From a virus (lineage: Duplodnaviria > Caudoviricetes): a DNA stretch of 56,402 nt. The notes under the pieces are model-generated. The model was given only the letters and a program-made list of their open reading frames with translations, did not search any database and was not told the DNA's origin. The number at the start of each line of letters is the position of its first letter. The first letter of the stretch is position 1. The translations under genes were made by a program, and so were the position numbers. The stretch is from the IMG/VR virus record IMGVR_UViG_3300042882_000312, positions 1-56,402 of that record. One strand, 5' to 3'. Positions 18,291 through 27,824 of this stretch are shown here, piece by piece.

Positions 18291-19448
18291 TTATTTCTTC
18301 TGGGGAGCGAACAGTCCAGATGTGATGGGCACAACCACACGTACGCCGTTGTATTCGACGCCGCGCAGGCCAGATTGCTTGTCGTCCTTGACCAGGGCTC
18401 GCCCAGCTTTGTGGGCTTCCATAACGTCAATGAACTGCGGGCCAGTCACGCGTGAACCAAGCACATCGTAAGTGGTGTCGAAGGCAACGCGACCGGCTGA
18501 TCGAGCCGAGTTCAAAGCGACTCGCTCCTCGGGCGTCATCGGGATGCCAGAGTTGCGGTTGGACGCGCCCAAGGCGTTGTCGATGTCCTTCTCGAAGTCG
18601 TTGTACGCCTGGACCTTCATCTGATCCTTGCGGTAGTCGTCACGACCCTCCTTCGAGATGCGTGCAGACTGAAGGCCGTAGCTACCAGTCACGTTGGCAC
18701 GCTGGAGTGCTGCGGCGTTGTCCTCTTTGTTGAGGTCGCGCTTGAGGTCACGGTTCTTGGTGTTCTCACCGGACTCGAACTCGCGCCCTGTCGCCAGCTC
18801 GCGCTCACGGATCAGGCTCTTGGCGGCATCAGCCGGGTTCAGTGCGCCCAGCAGGTACTGATTGGCCAGGACATCACGCTTGACGTCATGGGTCTTGATG
18901 GTGCCGTCCTTGTCCTTGTACGACAGGGTGAAGGTGTCGGTCTCAGGGTTGAACGCGCCGCCTTCCAGGCTTCGGCCGTCCCGGTACATCTTGTTGTACG
19001 GGTTCTTGAGAAGCTCGACGCCAGAAGGATCGCCGGTCTGCACCAGTTGGGCAGCACGCATGGTCGTCTGGGCGTAGCGCTCTTGCTCCATCGCCTTCAG
19101 AGTCTGGCGCACCTCGAGGGGGCTCTTGCCAGCCAGCATGGCCTGCTGCTCGAGCAGAGGCTGGATGCGCTGGTAGTGCATGCCTGACGCCTGATCGCTC
19201 GCAGGATCGTACTGAGCGCCTTCGCCCGGGGCGTATGAGCCCTGACCAGACTGCCAGTCCTTTGTCTCTTGAAAGAGCTGGGTTTGCAGCTCCTTCATCT
19301 GGGTCTCGCGGTTGACGCGGAGCTGCTGCTCCTGCTTTTGCATGTCCATCAAGCCACGACGAGTGTCGGCGTCCTCCAGATCGGAGCGCAGACGAAGACC
19401 CTTTGCAACGCCATCGGCGAAGCCACTAAATGCAGCACCAAGCGCCAT
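18291..19448 (-). CDS. Putative internal virion (ejection) protein
   Basis: Position; MALGAAFSGFADG N-terminus; helical and Gln-rich. Confidence 0.65.
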   Translation of the reverse strand: MALGAAFSGFADGVAKGLRLRSDLEDADTRRGLMDMQKQEQQLRVNRETQMKELQTQLFQETKDWQSGQGSYAPGEGAQYDPASDQASGMHYQRIQPLLEQQAMLAGKSPLEVRQTLKAMEQERYAQTTMRAAQLVQTGDPSGVELLKNPYNKMYRDGRSLEGGAFNPETDTFTLSYKDKDGTIKTHDVKRDVLANQYLLGALNPADAAKSLIRERELATGREFESGENTKNRDLKRDLNKEDNAAALQRANVTGSYGLQSARISKEGRDDYRKDQMKVQAYNDFEKDIDNALGASNRNSGIPMTPEERVALNSARSAGRVAFDTTYDVLGSRVTGPQFIDVMEAHKAGRALVKDDKQSGLRGVEYNGVRVVVPITSGLFAPQKK

Positions 19449-19451
19449 GAC

Positions 19452-20450
19452 TTAACTCCTTAATCCGCGAGCCTGCTGATTCTTCAGGCCCTCTTTGTTC
19501 ATCTTCTCGAGCTTCGCCAAGCCGTACTTCTTGACCGCGCCCTCGTTCAGCACGAACTCGCCATCCGAAAGCATCGCTGGCACCTGGTCGTCACGAGGAC
19601 CGCCTGGTCCCTCGACCTTGCCGCCATCCTTTTTAAACATGCCGAAGCCCTTGGTGCCGCCGAAGGCCATGCCAGCAGCGCTGAACAAGCCGCCGACAGC
19701 AGCCTGGTCCGCCTGGTAGCCCTGCATTTGTGCGCCGAACTGACCGAGGTACAGGTTTCCAGCGGACTGGTTGGCCTGGATTGCGGTGTTGAAGCCGGAG
19801 CCCACCGTTGCGGTGTTCTTGTTGACGGCGTCCATGCCCGCGGCCGAGATACCACTCGCCTGACTACCGGCCGAGTTGGCGTTGCTGTAGTAGGTCGCAG
19901 CGGTGTTGGGCATGTTGCGGCCGAAGTTGGCAGCGCCAGCACGCAGGGCGATACCCTTGTCACGGGTCTCGAAATCAGCCTGGTTCTGAGCCGTGGCGTT
20001 GGTCAGAGCCTGGTTGCTGGTAAGGGATGCGTTGGCCCTGGCGAATGCACCCGAGTTCGGGTTGACGCCGTAAGCCGCCAGCGACCTGGACTGCTGGTCT
20101 CGAGCATTTGAGAACGCTTTGTTGACGCTGGCCCCAGCAATGCCTCGACGCTGAGCGATGTTCTCCTCAGAGTCATAGCCCATTGCCTCTTCCACCATCT
20201 TCTTCTCGACGGGTTGGAAGGTGTCCTTGTAGTAGGCATTCTGGTCTTCAGCGAACTTCTGCTGCTGCTGCATCGAAGTGCGCATGTCGCCGATGAGTCC
20301 CTCGCGAAGCGCTTGGTCCTTCTGCTGCATCGGCTTGATGTCGGTTTCATAGATCGACTTGTAAAAGTCGAGCGACTCCTTCGCGAGCGCGGCTTGCGCC
20401 GCTGCGGCGGCTCCAATCGCCGGGTCTGGACCTGGTGCGTCTTTACACAT
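19452..20450 (-). CDS. Putative internal virion/DNA pilot protein
   Basis: Ala/Gln-rich; C-terminal GGKVEGPGGPRDDQVPAMLSDGEFVL. Confidence 0.7.
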   Translation of the reverse strand: MCKDAPGPDPAIGAAAAAQAALAKESLDFYKSIYETDIKPMQQKDQALREGLIGDMRTSMQQQQKFAEDQNAYYKDTFQPVEKKMVEEAMGYDSEENIAQRRGIAGASVNKAFSNARDQQSRSLAAYGVNPNSGAFARANASLTSNQALTNATAQNQADFETRDKGIALRAGAANFGRNMPNTAATYYSNANSAGSQASGISAAGMDAVNKNTATVGSGFNTAIQANQSAGNLYLGQFGAQMQGYQADQAAVGGLFSAAGMAFGGTKGFGMFKKDGGKVEGPGGPRDDQVPAMLSDGEFVLNEGAVKKYGLAKLEKMNKEGLKNQQARGLRS

Positions 20451-20453
20451 TGT

Positions 20454-21062
20454 TCACTCCTGGAATACCTTGACGTACTTATTGGCCACATGCGTGTAGC
20501 CGCAGTACTCGTTGAGCTTGTGTACTTTGTTCAGTACCTTGCTGTCGGTGCGGACTTCGCGCACCCCGATTGTTTTGAGGCAGTCCTCCATGAACTGCCA
20601 GAACCGGAGGGCGGCAAATCCTTTCCTGAACTCAGGAAGGACGTAGTACGTGTCCTCGGTCGCGTAGAGGGTTCCGGTGTGCAGGCTGGTGTCGACATAC
20701 ATGCGAATGTTGCCAACCAGCCGACCGGACTCCGCGTCCCTGCAAGTGAACTGGACAAGTCGGCCAGCCTTCTCGTAGGCCATGAGCTTGTCGTAGTCCA
20801 TGTCTAAGCCGAAGCCAAGGCGGTGCTTCTCAGTTTCCTGGAAGTGAGCCTCGTGCAGCGGGTGAATCTCAGGGATGATTTCTGACAGGCGCTCAGCCTG
20901 GAAGGTCATGCCCTTGTAGTCCTTGACGCCGAACTTCGTCGGCTCATGGGAACGATCGAGCTGCATGAAAGCTTCCTGCTCGATCTGAGCTGCAACTTCC
21001 GGCGTCAACACCTGGCCCAACTGGCGGGCCATAGCGTATCGAAATTGCTGGAGGTTGGTCAT
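20454..21062 (-). CDS. GNAT-like acetyltransferase
   Basis: EDTYYVLPEFRKG motif A-like; located before the ejection genes as in other podoviruses. Confidence 0.7.
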   Translation of the reverse strand: MTNLQQFRYAMARQLGQVLTPEVAAQIEQEAFMQLDRSHEPTKFGVKDYKGMTFQAERLSEIIPEIHPLHEAHFQETEKHRLGFGLDMDYDKLMAYEKAGRLVQFTCRDAESGRLVGNIRMYVDTSLHTGTLYATEDTYYVLPEFRKGFAALRFWQFMEDCLKTIGVREVRTDSKVLNKVHKLNEYCGYTHVANKYVKVFQE

Positions 21063-21099
21063 GGGTGTTGATTTTATTTGGGAGGTTCTCTACGTGCGG

Positions 21100-21411
21100 T
21101 CACCAGAGAACCTTCCTTGCCCAATAGTTCGCGCTGAACGGGTCATCCTTGGTCAGCTTCCCGCCCTTGCCTTTGATGCCTGCTGACCGAGCCAGGTAGT
21201 TCTTGCGGCGCTCAGGGTCTTTGTGCTGGGTGAAATCCTTCATCCCGCGCAGGCCGAACCGAACGAGCTTGACCTCGTCGCCCTTCTTTGCCAGGACCAT
21301 CTTCTTCTGCTTGGCACCGGCCGGGGCGTCCACAGGCTTGTTGAAGCCGGGGAACTGGTGACCCCGGTAGTTGAGCTTGCCGTCGAGGCGCTTGATTCCT
21401 GCTGCTTTCAT
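21100..21411 (-). CDS. Basic protein, DUF5754-like
   Basis: VRFG..GMKDFTQHKDPERRKNYLAR..SANYWARKVLW. Confidence 0.7.
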   Translation of the reverse strand: MKAAGIKRLDGKLNYRGHQFPGFNKPVDAPAGAKQKKMVLAKKGDEVKLVRFGLRGMKDFTQHKDPERRKNYLARSAGIKGKGGKLTKDDPFSANYWARKVLW

Positions 21412-21417
21412 AGGGCC

Positions 21418-21612
21418 TCAATCGAGTCTTGCAATGATCTTGTTGACGGCGGCAATCACGTCAGCCAGGGACGCCGCAGAAGGCAGCGCGACAAGGGCTG
21501 GCACGTTCCTCGACTGGCCAGTCACCTCGTCTACGTTCTGCTTGAGCGCCGCAAGAACCCGATTCAAAGCCGGGTCTTGTGTGTTGTGGGTGGGTACGCC
21601 AGCCTTGCTCAT
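21418..21612 (-). CDS. Small putative structural protein
   Basis: Coupled to the tail gene; LPSAASLADVIAAVNKII. Confidence 0.65.
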   Translation of the reverse strand: MSKAGVPTHNTQDPALNRVLAALKQNVDEVTGQSRNVPALVALPSAASLADVIAAVNKIIARLD

Positions 21613-23630
21613 CAGGAAGCCCCCGCCAATTCTGCGAAGCTCTCCGCGATCGTGACGGAGTAGGTTGGCGATGAGGCATTGATGCCAACGCTGACGACCT
21701 CTGTGCGGTAGCCAGCAGGCAGGCGAAATGGCTTCACCGAATCCACTGACTTCGTGAAGACCGGCGTGCTGCCCTTGTAGAGGGTGAACTGGACCTTGCG
21801 AGAAGACTCAGCCGACACCGGCACAAGGTTCGAGCCACCAACAACCACTGCCGCAAACTCGTCACCGCACACAAACCCGCCAACCGCGTCAAGGTTGGCC
21901 ATCAGCGCTTCGTTGGCCGCGACCTGAACCGTGTCAATCGGGCGCGACTCCGCGTAATCGGCGTGAACCTGCGCGACAGCGAAGTTCAGCGGGCGACCGA
22001 GCTGGACGTCGACAGACTGCCAATCAGACTCGTAGTACGAGCCTTCATTTGCGTCCCAAGAAAAAATCTTGTTGTCCTTGGCAATGTAGAGCCGTCCATC
22101 AAACTCGTTGCGGAACATTGCATCGGCGGAATCATCAACCTCGATGATGCTGTCGCGATCAGTGAAATTGAAGATCAGAATGCGCGGCTTATCGTCAGCG
22201 ATATAGCGTGCGTAGTACTGACCGTCATAGTAGTCAGCGATCATTGTCGACGGGTTCAGCTTCGACCACTCCTCGATCCTGTAGAGGTTGGTTGTGACCT
22301 TCTGCGCCACACCGGGTCCGACCATCCACAGGCCATCGAAGCTGGGGTAGATGCAGCCGCCACCGATGTTGGCCACAGCACGCTTGCTCACGCAGGGTGC
22401 GTAGGTCTCCATGACGGAAGGGCTCATGCCAGAGGGGTCTGAGCCGGTGTACAGGATTGGGGACGATTCAGTCAGGACGATCACCGAGTTGCCAGCAGGC
22501 ACAAGGGCTACGCCGCGACCGGCAAAGCTGTATCGGTTCTGGTCCGGCCACACATACGGCCTGCTTGGCTCACTGAAGCAGATTTCGTTTCCAGACAACC
22601 CAACCAGGCAGCCGTTTGGCAGCGTGATCAAGCAGGTCAGGTTCTTGGGCGGGGTATAGAAGCCGCTGGTCGAGACCTCCTCACCAAGGTCGGCGGTCGC
22701 CACAGCATCCAAGTGCGTCGTGTTGCCTACCGCGATCTCGGCCACAAACAAGAAGGCGGCAACAGTGCCAGCACTGCGGTAAATGCGCTTGGTCATGCCG
22801 ATGGTGTTGTGAGGGGCGTCCTTGGCCCAGGAGCCGCCGCTGGTGTAGGTCTGCGCCGTCACCAGGTTGACCACCACGCGGCTGTTCACCGTGTCCACAG
22901 AGACGATGCGATGCGACTTGTTCAGATCGGTCATGCCGACCACACCGGACAGCGTGATCATGTCGCCCGCTACAAGACCAAAGACGGTGTTCAGGGTGAC
23001 CCTGACCTGGTTGTTCGCCGGGATGATCGAGATCGCGTCTGAAACGGTCCCCGAGTTTGGAGGAGCTGTCTGCATGCCGCTGACGGTCCAAGAGCCATTG
23101 ATGTAACCCGTCACGACAGCAGAGGCTGGGCTTGGGGCAGACTCTTCGCCGAGGGGCGTGACGTATGTCACCAGGTAGGTCCGCGACTCTTGAGTGCCTG
23201 AGCCGCCGACGCTCGCAATCGTGGGTGCTGCTGTCGGGGCGAAGACGCCGAGTGCGTACCAGGCAGATGGGTATGCACTGCCAAAGCCGATGCCAGCATC
23301 CCTGGTGGTCATGCGTGGCTCGAAGTCCTCAGACGTGAAGTACACGCGGCCGACACTGTCGTTGGCGATCGGTGACAGCACGGCATCGACGTCGGACCGC
23401 CATGTGAACCACTGCTCGGTATAGGAAGAGCCGGACCATGCGCGGTAACGGAAGATCGACTTGATGGCCGACATGGTTGACGTCAACTCGAGACCCAGGC
23501 CACGCAGCGGCTCGAGACGGCCAGACGTGATCTTGCAGTTCATCGCACGCTTGGCGCGGTTGGGCTCGAGCAATCGGTCGCTCACGCGAGGAACCTGCCC
23601 TCGAAATGCCTTGATCGTCAGTGCAGCCAT
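21612..23630 (-). CDS. Tail tubular/stabilisation protein (P22 gp10/T7 gp12-like)
   Basis: ~670 aa beta-rich; FSEP..P..WP, CVSKR, YPSFDGL; start MAALTIKAF. Confidence 0.75.
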   Translation of the reverse strand: MAALTIKAFRGQVPRVSDRLLEPNRAKRAMNCKITSGRLEPLRGLGLELTSTMSAIKSIFRYRAWSGSSYTEQWFTWRSDVDAVLSPIANDSVGRVYFTSEDFEPRMTTRDAGIGFGSAYPSAWYALGVFAPTAAPTIASVGGSGTQESRTYLVTYVTPLGEESAPSPASAVVTGYINGSWTVSGMQTAPPNSGTVSDAISIIPANNQVRVTLNTVFGLVAGDMITLSGVVGMTDLNKSHRIVSVDTVNSRVVVNLVTAQTYTSGGSWAKDAPHNTIGMTKRIYRSAGTVAAFLFVAEIAVGNTTHLDAVATADLGEEVSTSGFYTPPKNLTCLITLPNGCLVGLSGNEICFSEPSRPYVWPDQNRYSFAGRGVALVPAGNSVIVLTESSPILYTGSDPSGMSPSVMETYAPCVSKRAVANIGGGCIYPSFDGLWMVGPGVAQKVTTNLYRIEEWSKLNPSTMIADYYDGQYYARYIADDKPRILIFNFTDRDSIIEVDDSADAMFRNEFDGRLYIAKDNKIFSWDANEGSYYESDWQSVDVQLGRPLNFAVAQVHADYAESRPIDTVQVAANEALMANLDAVGGFVCGDEFAAVVVGGSNLVPVSAESSRKVQFTLYKGSTPVFTKSVDSVKPFRLPAGYRTEVVSVGINASSPTYSVTIAESFAELAGAS

Positions 23631-23658
23631 CTTGTGTACCCCTGGGTTTGCCGGTCGA

Positions 23659-24270
23659 TTATCCGTGGGAGGCCGACAAAACCTGCATGGCTTCAGCGAT
23701 GTGCTTCTTGCGGTCGTCGAGGCCAATCAGCCCGCCGTTGATCTTCTTGGTCAGGCCAGCCCAATCGCCAGCTTCAGCCAGGCGGTTGCAGTCGTGGGTG
23801 GACCAGAACCAGCCAGCGGTCATCGCGGCGTACTTGGGCGTGGCCACGAGCTCAGGCTCCTTGGTGAAGTCGACGCCACAGGACTTGCTCGCGTGGAAGT
23901 AGTTCGCGTGCCCCGTGAGCTGGATGCAGCCCCGGCCGCGGAAGCGGTAGCCATCCCCTGACGCCTCGTCACGGTTGCCCATGCGGCTGGCGTAGACCTT
24001 GTTGGCGATCTTCTTGGGGTTGCGGGCGTACTCGAGGGCGTAGTCCAGGCTGGGGAAACGCTTGGGCCAGAGCTTGGACAGCGTCTCGGCCCGGTAGTTC
24101 AGGTTCTCCTCGAGCACGCGGAAGTTGCCGCACTCGTGGCTGCACTGCCCGATGAACGCCGCTTGCTGGCGCAAGGTCGAGATGCCAAAGCGCTCGAACG
24201 TCTCATTGAGGGCTTCAACCCACTCAGGCCCAATCTTCAGCTTGGCGAGCTGTTCAGCGGTTACTGCCAT
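23659..24270 (-). CDS. Endolysin, glycoside hydrolase family 19
   Basis: FIGQCSHECG, ENLNY, FRGRGCIQLTG, INGG. Confidence 0.93.
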   Translation of the reverse strand: MAVTAEQLAKLKIGPEWVEALNETFERFGISTLRQQAAFIGQCSHECGNFRVLEENLNYRAETLSKLWPKRFPSLDYALEYARNPKKIANKVYASRMGNRDEASGDGYRFRGRGCIQLTGHANYFHASKSCGVDFTKEPELVATPKYAAMTAGWFWSTHDCNRLAEAGDWAGLTKKINGGLIGLDDRKKHIAEAMQVLSASHG

Positions 24271-24757
24271 TGATCTGCTCCCTTACTGTGTTGTAGGCGT
24301 CGATGCACGAGTTGAGTTGGTTGATTGCCCGGTCGCCGTCTGCTGCGATTTGGGCGATGAGGCGGAGGGTTTCTCGCTCGGCATCAGAAGCTGGGTCAGC
24401 CTCTCGGTCAGGTTCGGCTCGCGCTTCTTGGCGATCTCCGGTGCCAGCGGCGGGACTTGCGGGGGCTTGTACGCAACTTGGGGCGGGGAGGCGCACCCGG
24501 CCAGAGCGGATAGCGCGATCAAGAGCAGACTGCTTTTCGTCAAGGGCATTGTTGGCCTCCTGTAGCTTGGTGGTGTTGGCGTTGAGCTGCTCGGCCAGGC
24601 GCTGTTCCGTCTGGCGAGCCTCTTCGTTCTTTACGGCGATCTCGGCCTGCATCTCTGCATCACGCTTTCCCCAGCCGCTGCTGAAGCCGTAGCGGTAGAT
24701 GCCGAAGATGACGAGCAGGGTGATCAGGACGGCGATACCCAGGCGCTGGATGCTCAT
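24254..24757 (-). CDS. Rz-like i-spanin
   Basis: N-terminal TM, coiled coil, ADGDRAINQLNSC..Y. Confidence 0.85.
   Translation of the reverse strand: MSIQRLGIAVLITLLVIFGIYRYGFSSGWGKRDAEMQAEIAVKNEEARQTEQRLAEQLNANTTKLQEANNALDEKQSALDRAIRSGRVRLPAPSCVQAPASPAAGTGDRQEARAEPDREADPASDAERETLRLIAQIAADGDRAINQLNSCIDAYNTVREQINGSNR
24283..24549 (-). CDS. Rz1-like o-spanin embedded in Rz
   Basis: Alternate frame inside Rz; lipobox LSALAGC; Pro-rich. Confidence 0.8.
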   Translation of the reverse strand: MPLTKSSLLLIALSALAGCASPPQVAYKPPQVPPLAPEIAKKREPNLTERLTQLLMPSEKPSASSPKSQQTATGQSTNSTRASTPTTQ

Positions 24758-25260
24758 GACTCACTCCTTGCTGCGGCACGCTCGTGCGCGATCTCCTCCG
24801 CCTCTGGCGGGATGTAGTCGGCAGGGGTGGTGGGCGGTGGAGGTGGAACCCAGCTCTCATCGAGGGCGGCGTTCTGAAAGCCCATCCAGTTCCAGTCAGA
24901 GGCTGCTGGATGGGCCGGAGGCTTTGGGGGCGTGTCTCCCGCAGCCGTGGGCGCTGGCGCTGGTGGTGTCGGTGTTGGCGCGATGGCCTTGGCGATTGCG
25001 CCTGTGGCACGCTTGGACATGACGCCACCGATGCCGCCAACGATCAGCAGCACGATGTCGTTGAGCATCTTGGTGTAGGCCATGTCGATGGGAGCCATCG
25101 ACTTGATCGGCTGCACAACGAACGTGACCGAGTACAGCATGGCCACGACGATGAAGCACAGGATCAGGGTGACTGTGATGACAACGAAGCCCCAGATGCG
25201 GACCTCGATGTCGTCAGCGGTTAGGTGCTGCTTCGGGTGTGGTTTGAGAAGGTTGAGCAT
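24754..25260 (-). CDS. Two-TM membrane protein with Pro-rich tail (holin candidate)
   Basis: TMs IWGFVVITVTLILCFIVVAMLYSV and IVLLIVGGIGGVM. Confidence 0.75.
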   Translation of the reverse strand: MLNLLKPHPKQHLTADDIEVRIWGFVVITVTLILCFIVVAMLYSVTFVVQPIKSMAPIDMAYTKMLNDIVLLIVGGIGGVMSKRATGAIAKAIAPTPTPPAPAPTAAGDTPPKPPAHPAASDWNWMGFQNAALDESWVPPPPPTTPADYIPPEAEEIAHERAAARSES

Positions 25261-25441
25261 TGATCTGGTCTTTCAGGACGGGGGCAACTAAGTACTCGGG
25301 GCACATCTGCGTGAACAGGCATTTGGGTTTCTGGCACTCAGGTTTGGCGAAGTTGTCCGGATTCTGGCAGGGGTAGCGGTAGCGATCTTCGCAACCAGCA
25401 AGGGCCAGCGCCGCAAGGAGTAAGGCGACGTACCGCATCAC
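25214..25441 (-). CDS. Small Cys-rich lipoprotein
   Basis: Lipobox LALAGC then EDRYRYPCQ..ECQKPKC..MCP. Confidence 0.8.
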   Translation of the reverse strand: MMRYVALLLAALALAGCEDRYRYPCQNPDNFAKPECQKPKCLFTQMCPEYLVAPVLKDQINAQPSQTTPEAAPNR

Positions 25442-25944
25442 TTGCCAGACAGCGGGTTCGACGTGGCTCGCTTGAGCACGTTCATCTCGGCACGCAGCGC
25501 TGCCGCGGTGCTATCGAGGTCTTGCTTGAGGGCGTTCAGCCGGGTCTGTACTTCACGGCCCTGGCTCTCGATCGAGGACTTCACCTCGCGGCCGGTGGCG
25601 GCAGCTTCAGCCGATGCGCCCTGGGCCACAGCCTTTGTCTCGCGGGCCAAGGCAATCGCGTCAGACGACTTCTCGGCAATGCGGACGGCCTGCTCAGCGA
25701 TCGTGAGCTGACGCTCCTTGAGCGCCTTGACCTCGATCTCGAACGCCTGAATCCTCTCGCGGAACTCGGTGTCGTCGTAGGGCTTGAACTTGTCTACGGC
25801 CTCGATGGTCTTTTCCATCTTGCCCCAGAACTTAATCCCCGAATACGCCGCTCCCCCGATAATTGGCAGGAAGGTCACGATCAAGCCAAGAATCATTTGA
25901 CTGGATAAGTTCAAGGAGTAGGTCTTGTTGGCGTCTGTACTCAT
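25438..25944 (-). CDS. Single-TM coiled-coil protein
   Basis: N-terminal TM, long heptad helix, C-terminal NPL. Confidence 0.8.
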   Translation of the reverse strand: MSTDANKTYSLNLSSQMILGLIVTFLPIIGGAAYSGIKFWGKMEKTIEAVDKFKPYDDTEFRERIQAFEIEVKALKERQLTIAEQAVRIAEKSSDAIALARETKAVAQGASAEAAATGREVKSSIESQGREVQTRLNALKQDLDSTAAALRAEMNVLKRATSNPLSGK

Positions 25945-26962
25945 TCGGTAGCTCCTGTTTCAATGTGATTTGTTCAACGATATTTGCCTGCTTCGGCATA
26001 GCGCCGATCAGCGTCAGCCTCTGGACCAGTGCCGCTGCTCTCGCACCAGGTCCGGCAGGAGTGGACGGAGCAGAGCTTCCCGTTGACGGGGCAGCGGAAC
26101 CTGCCGAGGAAGTTTGGGGTGGGGCTGCGGACTGGCTCGCGTCCTGCGACGATTCCGATGTCGTCGTCGGCACAGGAGTCGTCGGCGCAATTGCAGCGGC
26201 GCTCGGTGTGACGAGGACAGGCGTGGCCATCACTGGCGATGCTGGGTTCAGGGGGCTCACCGGGCTCACGGGCGACAGCACGTTGGTCGCGTTGGTCATC
26301 GACTTGACGCACGAGTTTGATGAAGTCGTCCACTCGCCCCACAAGAGTTGCCCATAAGGATTGGGGCAAGCGCTGGTCTTGATCTGCGTGATGGCACCCA
26401 CATACCCGGCAGGGCATGACTGCGTCTGCGTCTGCGTGCTTGGTTGGCATGTAGGTGGGTTCCATTTGCATGTGTCCTGCGTCAGTTGCCATGCGCCCCA
26501 CACAGGCTGACCGTATGGGTCGGGGCATGCGCTTGTGCGAGTGAACGTCTTGCCGCCACTCTGGTTCGCGAGACATGGCTCTGTGCGTGACTCGCTGCTT
26601 GGTTTGCATGTTGGCGGGAGAGGCGTGCAGGCTTCAGAGACCTTGAACCACCCACTGTCAACGGCAGACCCGCCGATGCAGTTGCTCTCGCGCTTCCAGG
26701 TTTCAGTGCCTGAGAAGTTGACGGGGCACGCTCGTTGCTCAGTGACTGCGGAGTAGGTGCAGGCAGGTGCTGGAGGCACGTAGTTCGCGCAGTAGGATTG
26801 CTGCCACGCGATGTTGTACGCACCAGGAACGCAGGCCCAGCAGGAGGCGTTGGCGTAGCAATTACCCGTTGTTGGGTTGAGCTGGGTTGTGCAGTAGCAG
26901 CTTTGAGCCAGGGCATTACTTGTCCCCAGCAGGAGTGACAGCCAGATCAGGAACCTTGCCAT
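25832..26962 (-). CDS. Secreted Cys-rich repeat protein
   Basis: Signal peptide; three ~50-aa repeats with 4 Cys each; Pro/Ser/Thr-rich linker. Confidence 0.8.
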   Translation of the reverse strand: MARFLIWLSLLLGTSNALAQSCYCTTQLNPTTGNCYANASCWACVPGAYNIAWQQSYCANYVPPAPACTYSAVTEQRACPVNFSGTETWKRESNCIGGSAVDSGWFKVSEACTPLPPTCKPSSESRTEPCLANQSGGKTFTRTSACPDPYGQPVWGAWQLTQDTCKWNPPTCQPSTQTQTQSCPAGYVGAITQIKTSACPNPYGQLLWGEWTTSSNSCVKSMTNATNVLSPVSPVSPLNPASPVMATPVLVTPSAAAIAPTTPVPTTTSESSQDASQSAAPPQTSSAGSAAPSTGSSAPSTPAGPGARAAALVQRLTLIGAMPKQANIVEQITLKQELPNEYRRQQDLLLELIQSNDSWLDRDLPANYRGSGVFGD

Positions 26963-27365
26963 AGAGCTTCTTGAACCTTTCAGGGTGCAGCTTCACCCAA
27001 GCCTCACGGGCCGAGTCGCCGATCGAGCCGCCGATCGGGCAGGGACTGCCAGACATTTCCATTGCTTCCCAGACGCGGATGTCGGCACACAGGATCGCGA
27101 CAGCGCCGACCTTGAGCCCCTGGTTGGAAAGCTCTCTGGCCAGCTTGATGCGTTCGCAGTTCGCGTCGGTGACAGTTGCGCCTCCAGCGATGCCGATCAC
27201 CGTGGAGCTGATTGCTCCCGAGACAGGAACAGCGCACACGTCGCTGCCCATCGCGGTGACGGAAGGAGCCATCGCCGTAGGTGGCGGCTGGCCCTTGTAG
27301 TTGATCGTGGTGTCCTGAGCGAAGACCGCCGCAGGGACCAGTAAAGCGAAAAGAAAGTACTTCAT
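26916..27365 (-). CDS. Secreted Cys-containing hypothetical protein
   Basis: Signal peptide (AVFA/QD); PPPTAMAPS..SDVC..DANCERIKLAREL..LC..GSPCP. Confidence 0.8.
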   Translation of the reverse strand: MKYFLFALLVPAAVFAQDTTINYKGQPPPTAMAPSVTAMGSDVCAVPVSGAISSTVIGIAGGATVTDANCERIKLARELSNQGLKVGAVAILCADIRVWEAMEMSGSPCPIGGSIGDSAREAWVKLHPERFKKLYGKVPDLAVTPAGDK

Positions 27366-27369
27366 ACAA

Positions 27370-27822
27370 CTACCTGACGATTGCTATCCCGACGACGATT
27401 AGGACGACGAGCACGACTACGGCAACAGCAAACGCCATCCATTGCGCAAACTCTTCGAGCTCCTTCTTGCGCATCTCGACAGCCCGCCTGGCGGCTTCTT
27501 TGGCCTCACGACGACCGCGAGCAGCCTCAGCCTGGAACCTGATCCAGTCGTCCCACATGCCTGGTCGGCCTGCGTAGACCATCGACTCGCGCAGATGCTC
27601 TTCTTGCTGGCGCAGTTGCTCGAGAGCCATGAACTCCTCGATGTCAGACCTGCCCTCGAGGGGTCTGCCTCCAGCCTTCCGGGTGGCCCGCTCTTGAATC
27701 TTTGCCTTGCTGTCGAAATACTCAACAAGCTTTCTTCCGGCGCTCACCAACTCGCCACCGTTCGCGATGGTCGCCTTGATTACTGCGAAGGCGGCATTTG
27801 CTGCGGCGAGTTCTGCAATCAT
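27370..27822 (-). CDS. Membrane-anchored helical protein
   Basis: MIAELAAANAAFAVIK amphipathic N-terminus, charged helix, C-terminal TM. Confidence 0.75.
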   Translation of the reverse strand: MIAELAAANAAFAVIKATIANGGELVSAGRKLVEYFDSKAKIQERATRKAGGRPLEGRSDIEEFMALEQLRQQEEHLRESMVYAGRPGMWDDWIRFQAEAARGRREAKEAARRAVEMRKKELEEFAQWMAFAVAVVVLVVLIVVGIAIVR

Positions 27823-27824
27823 GC

